Positions 39,566 to 48,283 are shown, numbered from the stretch's first letter. The stretch is 64,000 nt of DNA from Thermodesulfobacteriota bacterium (GCA_026625185.1 CP113000.1:2043124-2107123), one strand, 5' to 3'. Made by a program: numbers and translations. Notes: generated by a model not told the origin, from the letters alone.

Positions 39566-39775
39566 CACATAGTGTCATTTCCCGATTCAATCGGGGAATC
39601 CAGTTATTAAACCCCCATACAAATCTTTCCAATTCGGATTTACCATTTCAATAAAATCGATTTTCCATATAGCTCTGGATTCCGAGCCTGTCCCGTACTT
39701 AATACGGGAGTCAAGCCGGAGAATGACTAATATCCCTTAATCTGTATTACCCATTTGTTTACACGAAGACCCATT
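39566..39775 (+). repeat. Interspersed intergenic repeat, family 2, copy B (contiguous form)
   Basis: Matches the flanks of 32775..33175. It contains ATTTCCCGATTCAATCGGGGAAT and an extra hairpin CCCGTACTTAATACGGG. Confidence 0.5.
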
Positions 39776-39893
39776 ATTTGAAAAAGCTATAAGCAGTAAG
39801 TTTATTATTCCCCTTTTATTTGTCGTATTTTTTTGTTTTTTCACACCCCAAAAACCTCTCTCCTTGCGCCCAGTGCACGCTTTGCACAACCCC

Positions 39894-39975
39894 CTCGCTC
39901 GTATAACGGCCAACAGAACACGGTAAACGGATTACGGTCCACAGTTAACGGAGAACTGACAACGGATAACTATCT
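39894..39975 (+). repeat. Degenerate heptanucleotide array 1, about 11 x NAACGGN (TAACGGC CAACAGA ACACGGT AAACGGA TTACGGT CCACAGT TAACGGA GAACTGA CAACGGA TAAC)
   Basis: 7-bp periodicity read directly in the sequence. It begins CTCGTATAAC like arrays 4 and 6. Confidence 0.6.
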
Positions 39976-40204
39976 ATTTAGACTCAAAGCATTTTTGGGT
40001 AAAAATATACCCAGGCAGAATGAAATTTTGAGAAGTATTATGGAAAGATTATTGAAATACTAAAAAAAAATAAATGAGTTAGGGATTGGAAAATTTAGGG
40101 ATTGAAAAAATTCAATGAGAATGAAAAAAATATTTTTATTGCGGAATTGCGGAAATTCGTATATTCTGTTATTATGGAGGTATGAATTTTTGCAGGAGAA
40201 AATT

Positions 40205-40456
40205 ATGAAAGAAAACGTCATGGTATCCGGCCGCGGACAAATTACCCTGCCGGCGGCGATTCGAAAGCGCTTAGGGATTAAGCCCGGAGGTATGGTGGTT
40301 TTAGAAGAAAAAAACGGCGAGGTAGTGTTACGCCCCGGAGTGGTAGTGGAAATTGAGACCTACACCGATGCCGACATCGCCCAATGGGATGAAGAGGACC
40401 GATTAGACAAAACTGAACGCGCAGCACTACTCAAACGCCTGGGTAAAAAGACTTGA
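40205..40456 (+). CDS. SpoVT/AbrB-type antitoxin (VapB/MazE-like)
   Basis: GQITLPAAIRKRLGIKPGGMVVLEE. AGGAG RBS. Overlaps the PIN toxin gene by 4 nt. The track ORF is extended upstream. The operator-like direct repeat TTGCGGAATTGCGGAA lies upstream. Confidence 0.7.
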   Translation: MKENVMVSGRGQITLPAAIRKRLGIKPGGMVVLEEKNGEVVLRPGVVVEIETYTDADIAQWDEEDRLDKTERAALLKRLGKKT

Positions 40457-40857
40457 AACGATTGTTTCTTGACGCCAATGTGCTTTTTACCGCAGCACAA
40501 AACCCAGCAGGCAAGGCAGCACTGGTGATTGAATATGGAGGAAAGGGATATTGGGAGATCGTGACCAATACTCTCGCCGTTGAAGAAGCCCGAAGAAATT
40601 TTGCCTTAAAATTTCCGGATTGTTTGACGAAATTTGAAATGCTTTTGTCGGATGTCTTGGTTTTGCCTTCCCAGATAGAAGGGTCATGTTCTTTTTCCCT
40701 TTCTCCTCAAGACCGAATAATCTTTCTTTCTGCGCTCACATGCAAGGCAACTCACCTGCTAACCGGCGATATCAAACATTTCGGCCCGTTTATAAATAAG
40801 CCGAAGATTACATCAGGAATAATTATTCAGACCGTTCCCGAATTCCTGCGGGGATAA
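40453..40857 (+). CDS. PIN-domain toxin (VapC family)
   Basis: N-terminal LFLDANVL with Asp6 and downstream acidic residues (LTGD). 134 aa. Confidence 0.7.
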   Translation: MKRLFLDANVLFTAAQNPAGKAALVIEYGGKGYWEIVTNTLAVEEARRNFALKFPDCLTKFEMLLSDVLVLPSQIEGSCSFSLSPQDRIIFLSALTCKATHLLTGDIKHFGPFINKPKITSGIIIQTVPEFLRG

Positions 40858-40900
40858 GCGCACTGCTTTACCCATTTTCGCTTTAAGCAGTTTTGGGTAA

Positions 40901-40966
40901 GTCAATGGCCAACGGTGAACTGACCACATAACGGCCAACCCTGAACGGAAAACGGATAACGGATCA
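40901..40966 (+). repeat. Degenerate heptanucleotide array 2 (...TAACGGC CAACCCT GAACGGA AAACGGA TAACGGA TCAAAGG)
   Basis: Same 7-bp periodicity and same orientation as array 1. Immediately downstream of vapC. Confidence 0.55.
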
Positions 40967-41192
40967 AAGGAATTTGCTTAATAATTGAGGCTTTATTTTA
41001 ACCCCGGAGGTGTAAATAGTTAGAAAAGTCTTGATAATTATATAACTTATTGATATAAAAGGAAATATTTATCAAATTGGGATTCAATGCAGGCTTGGAA
41101 ATGGTGAAGTGGAAAAAATATCGGGTGTAATGAAATTTTTTGTGTTTGTATTATTGGTACCACGACAAGTTTGATGAACTGACAACAAAGAT

Positions 41193-41603
41193 ATGAACAC
41201 GAAGTCGACTTGGGATAAGGCAAATGATACGATTGCTCAATTAGTTCGTTATACCTTGGTTGGCGGCTTAGCGTTTGTATTCGATTTTGGGTCTTTATTT
41301 ATCCTTACGGAATATTTAAATATTCATTATCTGGTTTCGGCTGCGTTCGCTTTTTTATTGGGCCTGACGATAAACTATACCTTAAGTATAATCTGGGTTT
41401 TTGAAAAACGTACCCTGTCAAATCAGAGGATAGAGTTTTTCATCTTTTCTTTAATCGGCATGGTTGGATTGGGATTGAATGAGTTTATCATGTGGCTTTT
41501 TACGGATATTCTAAATTGTTTCTATTTGCTATCGAAAATTGTTTCTACTGTATTTGTATTTCTGTGGAATTTTTTCGTAAGAAAATTCGTTTTATTCAAT
41601 TAA
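41193..41603 (+). CDS. GtrA-family small polytopic membrane protein (putative Und-P-sugar flippase)
   Basis: [52 protein letters not shown] is the GtrA signature. Four TM helices. Confidence 0.7.
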   Translation: MNTKSTWDKANDTIAQLVRYTLVGGLAFVFDFGSLFILTEYLNIHYLVSAAFAFLLGLTINYTLSIIWVFEKRTLSNQRIEFFIFSLIGMVGLGLNEFIMWLFTDILNCFYLLSKIVSTVFVFLWNFFVRKFVLFN

Positions 41604-41613
41604 GAGAAATACC

Positions 41614-43203
41614 ATGCACCGGAAAACGGCGGTTATAATAGGCGCAGGACCGGCGGGTCTTACCGCCGCTTATGAATTACTCCATAGAACAGAAATAAAA
41701 CCAATTATCTTTGAGAGCACATCTGATATCGGCGGCATATCAAAGACAGTTAATTACAAGGGAAACCGCATAGACATTGGGGGGCACAGGTTCTTTTCAA
41801 AATCAGACAGGATAATGCGATGGTGGCAGCACATAATGCCGGTGCAAGACGACCCTGCACGAGATGAATTCAAACGGAGCTATGAAAATCAGGAAAGGGG
41901 GATAACATTTGCCTTAAATCACAGCGGACCTGATCCTGAAAAAAATGACCGGGTAATGCTTATCCGCCACCGCCTTTCAAGGATATTCTTTTTGCGAAAA
42001 TTTTTTGATTATCCGGTATCCCTGAATCTCAATACCTTATCCAACCTGGGAGTCACGAGAATATTTAAAATTGGTTGTAGCTATGCCAAAATAAAGATTC
42101 TCCCAAAAAGAAAAGAACTCTCTCTGGAAGATTTCTTTATTAATCGCTTTGGAAAGGAATTATACCTTACTTTCTTTAAGGACTATACTGAGAAGGTATG
42201 GGGGATTCCCTGCACGGCAATAAAACCCGAATGGGGTGCGCAAAGAATTAAAGGTCTGTCTCTTACCAAGACATTCATCCATGCTTTTAAAAAAATATTT
42301 AAAAAAAAATCGTCTATTGGTCAAAAAAATACAGAAACAACTTTAATCGAGCGGTTTTTATATCCAAAATATGGACCAGGTCAAATGTGGGAGACGGTAG
42401 CACAAATTATCAAGGAAAAAGGCGGAGAAATATACACCAATCAGATGGTCAAAGGCCTCATGGTTGATCGTGAAAAAGTGGTTTCAGTAGAAGTTGATGA
42501 TCTGCGTGAAAAGAGAACATATCAGGTAACCGGGGATTTCTTTTTTTCAACGATGGCGGTGAAAGATTTGGTAGCCGCAATTAAAGGTTATGTTCCCGAT
42601 CATGTTCGTAATGTGGCAGCCGGTTTAGTCTATCGCGATTTTATTACCGTGGGACTTCTTCTGAAAAAATTACTTGTGAAGAATGAATCCAAGATGACTA
42701 CGCTCGGCACTTTAATCCCTGATAACTGGATCTATATTCAAGAAAAGGACGTTAAAGTTGGAAGGCTTCAGATTTTCAATAATTGGAGTCCCTACCTGGT
42801 AGCGAATAAAGATACTGTCTGGATCGGGATGGAATATTTTTGCAATGAAGGTGATGAGCTGTGGAATAAATCGGATGAGGAGTTTAGTGTATTCGCGGTT
42901 GATGAATTAGCGAGGATTGACATTATCGACAAAGAAGACGTCATGGATAGCGTGGTCATCAGAATGGGGAAAACCTATCCCGCCTATTTCGGAACGTATG
43001 ATCGGTTTAACGAAATTAGAGAATTCATCGATACCTACGAAAATCTTTTTTTAATCGGAAGAAACGGAATGCACCGATACAACAATATGGATCATTCCAT
43101 GCTGACGGCCATGGTTGCGGTGGATAATATTCTGAACAAAATATTCACAAAAGATAATATCTGGTCGGTCAATACCGAGCAGGACTATCACGAAGAACGA
43201 TAA
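41614..43203 (+). CDS. FAD-dependent oxidoreductase (amine-oxidase/Glf-like Rossmann fold)
   Basis: N-terminal dinucleotide fold [26 protein letters not shown]. 529 aa. Confidence 0.55.
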   Translation: MHRKTAVIIGAGPAGLTAAYELLHRTEIKPIIFESTSDIGGISKTVNYKGNRIDIGGHRFFSKSDRIMRWWQHIMPVQDDPARDEFKRSYENQERGITFALNHSGPDPEKNDRVMLIRHRLSRIFFLRKFFDYPVSLNLNTLSNLGVTRIFKIGCSYAKIKILPKRKELSLEDFFINRFGKELYLTFFKDYTEKVWGIPCTAIKPEWGAQRIKGLSLTKTFIHAFKKIFKKKSSIGQKNTETTLIERFLYPKYGPGQMWETVAQIIKEKGGEIYTNQMVKGLMVDREKVVSVEVDDLREKRTYQVTGDFFFSTMAVKDLVAAIKGYVPDHVRNVAAGLVYRDFITVGLLLKKLLVKNESKMTTLGTLIPDNWIYIQEKDVKVGRLQIFNNWSPYLVANKDTVWIGMEYFCNEGDELWNKSDEEFSVFAVDELARIDIIDKEDVMDSVVIRMGKTYPAYFGTYDRFNEIREFIDTYENLFLIGRNGMHRYNNMDHSMLTAMVAVDNILNKIFTKDNIWSVNTEQDYHEER

Positions 43204-43259
43204 ATCTTCTCATATGTTTCATAGAGCCCGGTGGCAGGAATAGGCGAAGGGCATGTCGT

Positions 43260-45221
43260 TCATCTACTATCGAGAGATCTGATACGTTTACAACTGTAGA
43301 GGTACCAATCAAAATCCTGATATTTTAAAATAGCTATATAATTATAGACACGGATGTTTTTTCGCGAAAGAATTTTTTTCGGTTGATATTCCGGCACCTC
43401 ATACTGAGCAATGATAAAATCCAAATTCTGAGCCTTGCTACAGCATTTTTTAATCTCGTTTGCGTAGAAAACCTTCATCTTTATCAGTTGGTCTTTAGTG
43501 GAAACTATGATGGGATTCTCAACTGATTCCAATAATCCGATATTATTCATTCTCTTATCTAATTCCAGAGCTTTTTCACGAGAAAAGACAATACCGGATT
43601 CTTGCAAACGAGATACATAATTTGTGCGGTTTAATAGAAACCATGATAACTCAGGATGCCCAAGCCACAGTATTTCTGAGTTTTTCGGTATATTCTCAGC
43701 CCCGAATGATTGCTCAACTCCGATTGTTTTCGCAAACAATTTTTCACACTCGAGCCTCTGGTCCCATAACCCCAGCGAAATAAAAAAGAAAGTCCCTGAA
43801 AGCGCGATCAAAAGTTTATTTTTTTGCCGCAGGTGATAGTATAAAAGCGGAATACCGGCAAAGATCAAAAGTAAGTTGGAAATTATCGCGTTATAATCCG
43901 GCACTAAATGGATCAATGAAAGAGAGTGGTTAAGCTTAAATATGGCAAAATAAAATAATAGGATATCAGTTAACAGTAGGACAACAGAAAGGATTACCAG
44001 AATGGTATCCAGCTTTATCCTGAAATCCTCGGTAAAAGGATTTTTTTTAAAGACCGTCCATTGCGATAAATATTTATTTTTCTTACTGTAGCTTATTAAT
44101 ACCAGGAAGAATTCAATGATGATAAGGACTATATAATGTAGTGAAAACACCGTGGTGTATAAACAAAGCCAGGCCGCGCAATATACGGCTGCAAAGGATT
44201 TCGCGAAATTTGAATAGTTCCTGATTTTGATATATATCGAGGGCAGGGATAGATAGGAAAAGAATAACAGCAGCCAGCAAGTTCGCCAGGTTTGAACCTG
44301 CAAAACCATTACGTTTTTAAGGAAATCACCCAAACACAAAGACAGGAGGAAGGATATCCCAATGGAAGCGAGGAGGGATATGGCTACCTTGCGTCTCTTC
44401 CCTCTATTGATAACCGCGTAAAGCAGTACTACTAAGAAAGATGCTAAGATCGGCAGAATATCCCTTAAGGTCCAGTTGCTCAGAAAAAGAACAGACGGAG
44501 ATTTTTGAATGATACCTGCCCAGTCCGCGTCCATAGATTGAAATATTCTGACAAAGGGAGAGATACTAAATAGAGCTAATAATACGACAATTACTGACAG
44601 TATGAGACCGATAATAATGGTAGGTCTACGGCGTTCGAAAAAAAAATAGACGTATAAAAAGATTGCTCCGGTGCCCGCCATAATGGGGTGCAGAAGAAAA
44701 CTCATGGCCAAGGTAACCGGGCATAAAACAAACCTTCTTTTCAGGGCAAAAAATAGGGAAAACAGGACAAAAGCTTCGGCATATATTCTCGGGGTAAGAA
44801 AAGGCTCTCCAAAAGAAAATACGTGGTTGGCTCCATAAAAGGCCGGCATAGCGATAGCAAAGGCGAAAGAAAGGAATTTCAGCGCCCCTTTATAAAATAT
44901 ACCCGCCAGCAGATAGGCGGACACGAACCAGAGAACGTGACCGAGAATAAAAAGAATAATGTTTGCGGTAATGGGATTGGTCAGCTTGATGATGAACGCG
45001 TATGGATAAGAAAAAACCGTATAATTTTCCTGAGAGTCAAAGCGGAGAAAAAGATCATTTTTGAAAATCTCCGGTTTTATATGACTCATGGCCTGTAAGG
45101 TGTAAAGTTTTGCATCATAAACGATGCCTTTATAAGGATGACTAAGGATCCAGATTGATACCAAAGCCAGGAAGATTGAAATGATAAAGAGTAAATTTTT
45201 ATGTGTTACCTTATTCATCAA
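43260..45221 (-). CDS. Large polytopic membrane protein, putative GT-C-fold glycosyltransferase or polymerase
   Basis: At least 13 hydrophobic helices. It sits in a GtrA/GtrB context. No confident family match by eye. The start is TTG at 45221 or the ATG at 45218. Confidence 0.4.
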   Translation of the reverse strand: MMNKVTHKNLLFIISIFLALVSIWILSHPYKGIVYDAKLYTLQAMSHIKPEIFKNDLFLRFDSQENYTVFSYPYAFIIKLTNPITANIILFILGHVLWFVSAYLLAGIFYKGALKFLSFAFAIAMPAFYGANHVFSFGEPFLTPRIYAEAFVLFSLFFALKRRFVLCPVTLAMSFLLHPIMAGTGAIFLYVYFFFERRRPTIIIGLILSVIVVLLALFSISPFVRIFQSMDADWAGIIQKSPSVLFLSNWTLRDILPILASFLVVLLYAVINRGKRRKVAISLLASIGISFLLSLCLGDFLKNVMVLQVQTWRTCWLLLFFSYLSLPSIYIKIRNYSNFAKSFAAVYCAAWLCLYTTVFSLHYIVLIIIEFFLVLISYSKKNKYLSQWTVFKKNPFTEDFRIKLDTILVILSVVLLLTDILLFYFAIFKLNHSLSLIHLVPDYNAIISNLLLIFAGIPLLYYHLRQKNKLLIALSGTFFFISLGLWDQRLECEKLFAKTIGVEQSFGAENIPKNSEILWLGHPELSWFLLNRTNYVSRLQESGIVFSREKALELDKRMNNIGLLESVENPIIVSTKDQLIKMKVFYANEIKKCCSKAQNLDFIIAQYEVPEYQPKKILSRKNIRVYNYIAILKYQDFDWYLYSCKRIRSLDSR

Positions 45222-45228
45222 TTAGTTA

Positions 45229-45292
45229 GCCGTTATCTGTTGACCGTTTCCCGTTGGCTGTTATCCGTTCACCGTTGTTCGTTTAATTGAGT
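45229..45292 (-). repeat. Degenerate heptanucleotide array 3. It is in CCGTT orientation on the plus strand, so it reads NAACGGN on the minus strand.
   Basis: TTAGCCGTTATCTGTTGACCGTTTCCCGTTGGCTGTTATCCGTTCACCGTTGTTCGTTTAA. It lies between the microprotein stop and the start of the downstream membrane-protein gene. Confidence 0.6.
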
Positions 45293-45380
45293 TTTTAAGA
45301 GCGCTTATTTTGGCTGAGATTTTATGCAAGTGTTCGATTAACTCACTAAACGATTTATGATTAATATAATCTTGCTTCAT
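45261..45380 (-). CDS. Conserved 39-aa microprotein (MKQDYINHKSFSELIEHLHKISAKISALKNSIKRTTVNG). The track ORF extends to 45467 from a TTG start.
   Basis: A paralog at about 47180..47299 differs by 5 synonymous and about 6 nonsynonymous substitutions. The stop lies inside heptad array 3. Confidence 0.4.
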   Translation of the reverse strand: MKQDYINHKSFSELIEHLHKISAKISALKNSIKRTTVNG

Positions 45381-45534
45381 CGAAATCTCGAGAAGCGGAA
45401 CACATTCATGTGAGGAATCCAAAGCAATGCTAAGGAAATTTTGTTGTTTTATAAATTTGGTCAGCAAATTCGATAGCGTCTTTATATACTTCTAATCTTT
45501 CAAAATTGAATTGCATCTATTAATTCCCTCTCTC

Positions 45535-45592
45535 GTATAACCGATAACGGCGAACGTTGAACGGTAAACGGAAAACGGTCAACGGACAACAA
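45535..45592 (+). repeat. Degenerate heptanucleotide array 4 (TAACGGC GAACGTT GAACGGT AAACGGA AAACGGT CAACGGA CAAC). It abuts the stop of the 45599..47122 gene.
   Basis: 7-bp periodicity. Inverted relative to array 3. Confidence 0.6.
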
Positions 45593-45598
45593 TTAATA

Positions 45599-47122
45599 TT
45601 ATTTTCTCACAAAAATAGTTCCCGCCTCATCCTCATAAACCTTCTTCCATCCCGGGCTGTCACCGATAAATTCAATAATTCTCTTGTTGTCTTTTTTACT
45701 GAGTACCACGAAAGAGATTTTGTATTTATCCAGGATTTTTTCCCAATCTCCCATGCCGAAGTGCACGTCGCTGCAGTCTTTCCAGATCTCTTCCGGGACC
45801 AGGTGCAGCCGGGTATCGGCGAATACCTTGTATTCCGGCCACAGTTTCCAGATCAGATAGCTTCCCCAGTTGATATCATTAAACATATTTCCCTTCAGGC
45901 CTTGTTTTTTTATATATTGCGCTATTGCCACCGGCTCGGATTTGGGATTAATAAAATTTCGCACGCTTTTGATGGGAAGATAAGGCCTGAACCAAGGGAG
46001 AAACGATATCGCGGTTATTAACAGAATAATGAAAAAGATGATGTTCAACGTCAGGCATTCGCTTTCGGTTTCTTCTTTTTTCCCCCCTGATATTTTTTGC
46101 CGCACCAGTTCTATCGAGCAAAAATGTGCGGCCAGGATCGGGGCGGAGACAATCCCCCACCACATGACCATTCGCTCCGCCTTAAAACCGACAAACAGAA
46201 AAACAAGAAGCAGCAAGGCTTCGGTAAAAGTAATTTTTCGTGTGCTGAATTTAAGGATGATGCCGGCAAGCACAACGGAGACAATAAAGCAATAGCCTAA
46301 ACCATCCTTCATGGCGGTCGGCTGCCATTCGGCGGAGCGTGCTGCCGAACTTGATGCGTTCACCCATACGTCTTCCCAGATGTTTATACCGTAAGGATTT
46401 ATTAAGGTGACCAGCGTCAGCATTATCAGCAAAAAAAGAAGCCGTCTCAATCTTGAATCTTTGGTCAGTCTCCTGAATCTTTCCTTTGCAGTAACAGAAT
46501 ATCCGGCTCTATTATAATATTCATCGGCTGCTCTTCCCACTAAAAAGATGCCGGCCAATATAATGGCAAGCGGGAAGCTGTTGTGAAGATTGACCCACAG
46601 TATCATTAACAGTGACAACAAAAGGATTAAAGAATTGCCTATTTTTTCTTTTTGAAAAAGCTGACGGTAGAAAAAGACAAACAGGGGGATGGTAAACAAC
46701 TGGGGACGCATATACCAGTTGGTAAATCCGAGGACCGCGGCAAACACTATAAAAAGGAGAGTGACCTTATAATGCTTCGTTAGAATTTGGATAAGGTGAT
46801 AAAAGATGGACATGGCCAGAAGCAAAAGGCCGACTCTCAGAATGATAAGCGATTCGAGGCTCCCCATTTTCTCGCAAACTGCAAGCGCTACCTGCGAAAG
46901 CCAGCCGGAATTGATATACTGGAGGCCAAAAAAGGTATGGGTAAAGAGGTCATGGCTGATAATAGCCCTTTTTTCGATCATTGCTTGGCCGAGTTTAAGG
47001 TAATAGCCAAGGTCATTGGAAATTACATCACCCCCCAGGCCCAAGATGGCGGTCAGCCAGAAAGGAAGGATATAATAAATAGTTTTAAGCCTGAAAAGGG
47101 GAGGTATCTGGTCGGTTTTCAT
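45599..47122 (-). CDS. Second large polytopic membrane protein, putative GT-C-fold glycosyltransferase
   Basis: At least 11 hydrophobic helices. It is preceded by the second microprotein-and-array unit. Confidence 0.4.
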   Translation of the reverse strand: MKTDQIPPLFRLKTIYYILPFWLTAILGLGGDVISNDLGYYLKLGQAMIEKRAIISHDLFTHTFFGLQYINSGWLSQVALAVCEKMGSLESLIILRVGLLLLAMSIFYHLIQILTKHYKVTLLFIVFAAVLGFTNWYMRPQLFTIPLFVFFYRQLFQKEKIGNSLILLLSLLMILWVNLHNSFPLAIILAGIFLVGRAADEYYNRAGYSVTAKERFRRLTKDSRLRRLLFLLIMLTLVTLINPYGINIWEDVWVNASSSAARSAEWQPTAMKDGLGYCFIVSVVLAGIILKFSTRKITFTEALLLLVFLFVGFKAERMVMWWGIVSAPILAAHFCSIELVRQKISGGKKEETESECLTLNIIFFIILLITAISFLPWFRPYLPIKSVRNFINPKSEPVAIAQYIKKQGLKGNMFNDINWGSYLIWKLWPEYKVFADTRLHLVPEEIWKDCSDVHFGMGDWEKILDKYKISFVVLSKKDNKRIIEFIGDSPGWKKVYEDEAGTIFVRK

Positions 47123-47139
47123 AGTAGTCGTTTACTGTG

Positions 47140-47200
47140 ATCCGTTAACCGTTATTTGTTGACCGTTTTCCGTTGGCAGTTATCGGTTCATCGTTGTTCG
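47140..47200 (-). repeat. Degenerate heptanucleotide array 5 (CCGTT orientation on the plus strand)
   Basis: TCCGTTAACCGTTATTTGTTGACCGTTTTCCGTTGGCAGTTATCGGTTCATCGTTGTTCG. It shares GTTGACCGTTTYCCGTT with array 3. Confidence 0.6.
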
Positions 47201-47299
47201 TTTAAGTGAGTTTTTAAGGGCGCTTATTTTTGCTGATATTTTATACAATTGTTCGATTAACTCACTGAAGGATTTATGATCAATATATTTTTGTTTCAT
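47180..47299 (-). CDS. Paralogous 39-aa microprotein (MKQKYIDHKSFSELIEQLYKISAKISALKNSLKRTTMNR)
   Basis: See 45261..45380. Coordinates are accurate to about 1 nt. Confidence 0.35.
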   Translation of the reverse strand: MKQKYIDHKSFSELIEQLYKISAKISALKNSLKRTTMNR

Positions 47300-47467
47300 C
47301 GAAATCTCTAAAATTTTCCTTCATTGTTTTTCCTCTCGTCCCCATTTTTTTACCCCTCACCTAAATCCTCTCCCCGGCGGGGAGAGGAAGGAAAGGACGG
47401 AACACATTCATATGAGGAGCCAAGAGCAAGAAGAAAATTTAATTGCATCTATTAATTCCTTCCCTCC

Positions 47468-47540
47468 TATAACCGTTAACGGTGAATGGTTAACAGAAAA
47501 CGGTAAACAGATAACGGTTAACGGAGAACAAAGAACGTTT
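47468..47540 (+). repeat. Degenerate heptanucleotide array 6 (TAACCGT TAACGGT GAATGGT TAACAGA AAACGGT AAACAGA TAACGGT TAACGGA GAACAAA GAACG). It abuts the stop of the GT2 gene.
   Basis: 7-bp periodicity. Begins CTCCTATAACCG like arrays 1 and 4. Confidence 0.6.
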
Positions 47541-48283
47541 TATATTCTGTATTTTCCGGTTAAATAACGTGTCCGTATTCTCACCAAATCAATCAACATA
47601 CTAAAAGAATCCTTCACCATATGAACCCGGGAGTCGGGAGAATTAATCCATTTTATGGGAACCTCCTTTATCCGGTATCCGTTTTTGTCTGCTATAAAAA
47701 GCAGTTCCACATCAAAACCAAATCCCCAAACAGTCTGTTTTGCAAACAGTACGTTGGCTGCCTCTTTTTTGAAGAGTTTGAAACCGCACTGGGTATCCTT
47801 GATCCCGGATAACGTGAGAAGCTGTACCAGCTTGTTGAAGGTCTTTCCCATAAACTCCCTTGGCCATGGCTGCCTCTCCAAAATATCCGACCCGGGCAAT
47901 GCCCGGGATCCGATAGCAATATCATAGCCTTGGTCGAGCCAGTCTGCCAGTTTATCAACTTCCTGGATAGGAGTGGATAGATCAGCATCGGAAAAAAGAA
48001 TAATCCTTCCTTGGGAATGCAATACCCCGGCTCTTACCGAATATCCTTTCCCACGATTGACCTTATTTCCCAATAACCGGACAGAGGAAAACTCCCCGGC
48101 AAATTTTCTGATCACCTTGCGAGTGTTGTCACTGCTTCCATCATCCACCACAATGATCTCAGAGCGATAATCCCTGGTCAGTAAAAATTCGTGGATTTTT
48201 TGTAAGGTGGCGCCGATTCTTTCGGCTTCATTAAATGCAGGGATAACCACCGAAAGATGGATATTATTCAAGGATTCAACCAC
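47540..48283 (-). CDS. Family-2 glycosyltransferase (GtrB / polyprenyl-phosphate sugar synthase-like)
   Basis: LSVVIPAFNEAERIGATL...IIVVDDGSSDNT and a DxD region (SDADLST). 247 aa. Confidence 0.8.
   Translation of the reverse strand: MVESLNNIHLSVVIPAFNEAERIGATLQKIHEFLLTRDYRSEIIVVDDGSSDNTRKVIRKFAGEFSSVRLLGNKVNRGKGYSVRAGVLHSQGRIILFSDADLSTPIQEVDKLADWLDQGYDIAIGSRALPGSDILERQPWPREFMGKTFNKLVQLLTLSGIKDTQCGFKLFKKEAANVLFAKQTVWGFGFDVELLFIADKNGYRIKEVPIKWINSPDSRVHMVKDSFSMLIDLVRIRTRYLTGKYRI

Noticed and set aside
39833-40063. 76-aa plus-strand ORF (MFFHTPKTSLLAPSARFAQPPRSYNGQQNTVNGLRSTVNGELTTDNY...)
   Set aside because: It reads straight through heptad array 1, so NAACGGN repeats yield recurring N-G and T-V dipeptides. 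It has no RBS. It is an artefact of translating the repeat.
45557-46300. Several plus-strand ORFs of 65-154 aa overlapping the 45599..47122 gene. Also many similar antisense ORFs throughout the window, for example 2974..3408, 8144..8389, 14931..15227, 35929..36270 and 60126..61833.
   Set aside because: They all lie antisense to, or out of frame within, long well-supported genes and show no domain signatures. They are typical shadow ORFs.
39894-47540. Interpretation of the heptad arrays as integron attC sites or as Tn7/Mu-type transposon ends
   Set aside because: No integrase, transposase or attI is present in the window. attC sites lack strict 7-bp periodicity, and Tn7/Mu end repeats are 22 bp, not 7 bp. 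The features are retained as an unexplained novel repeat system.
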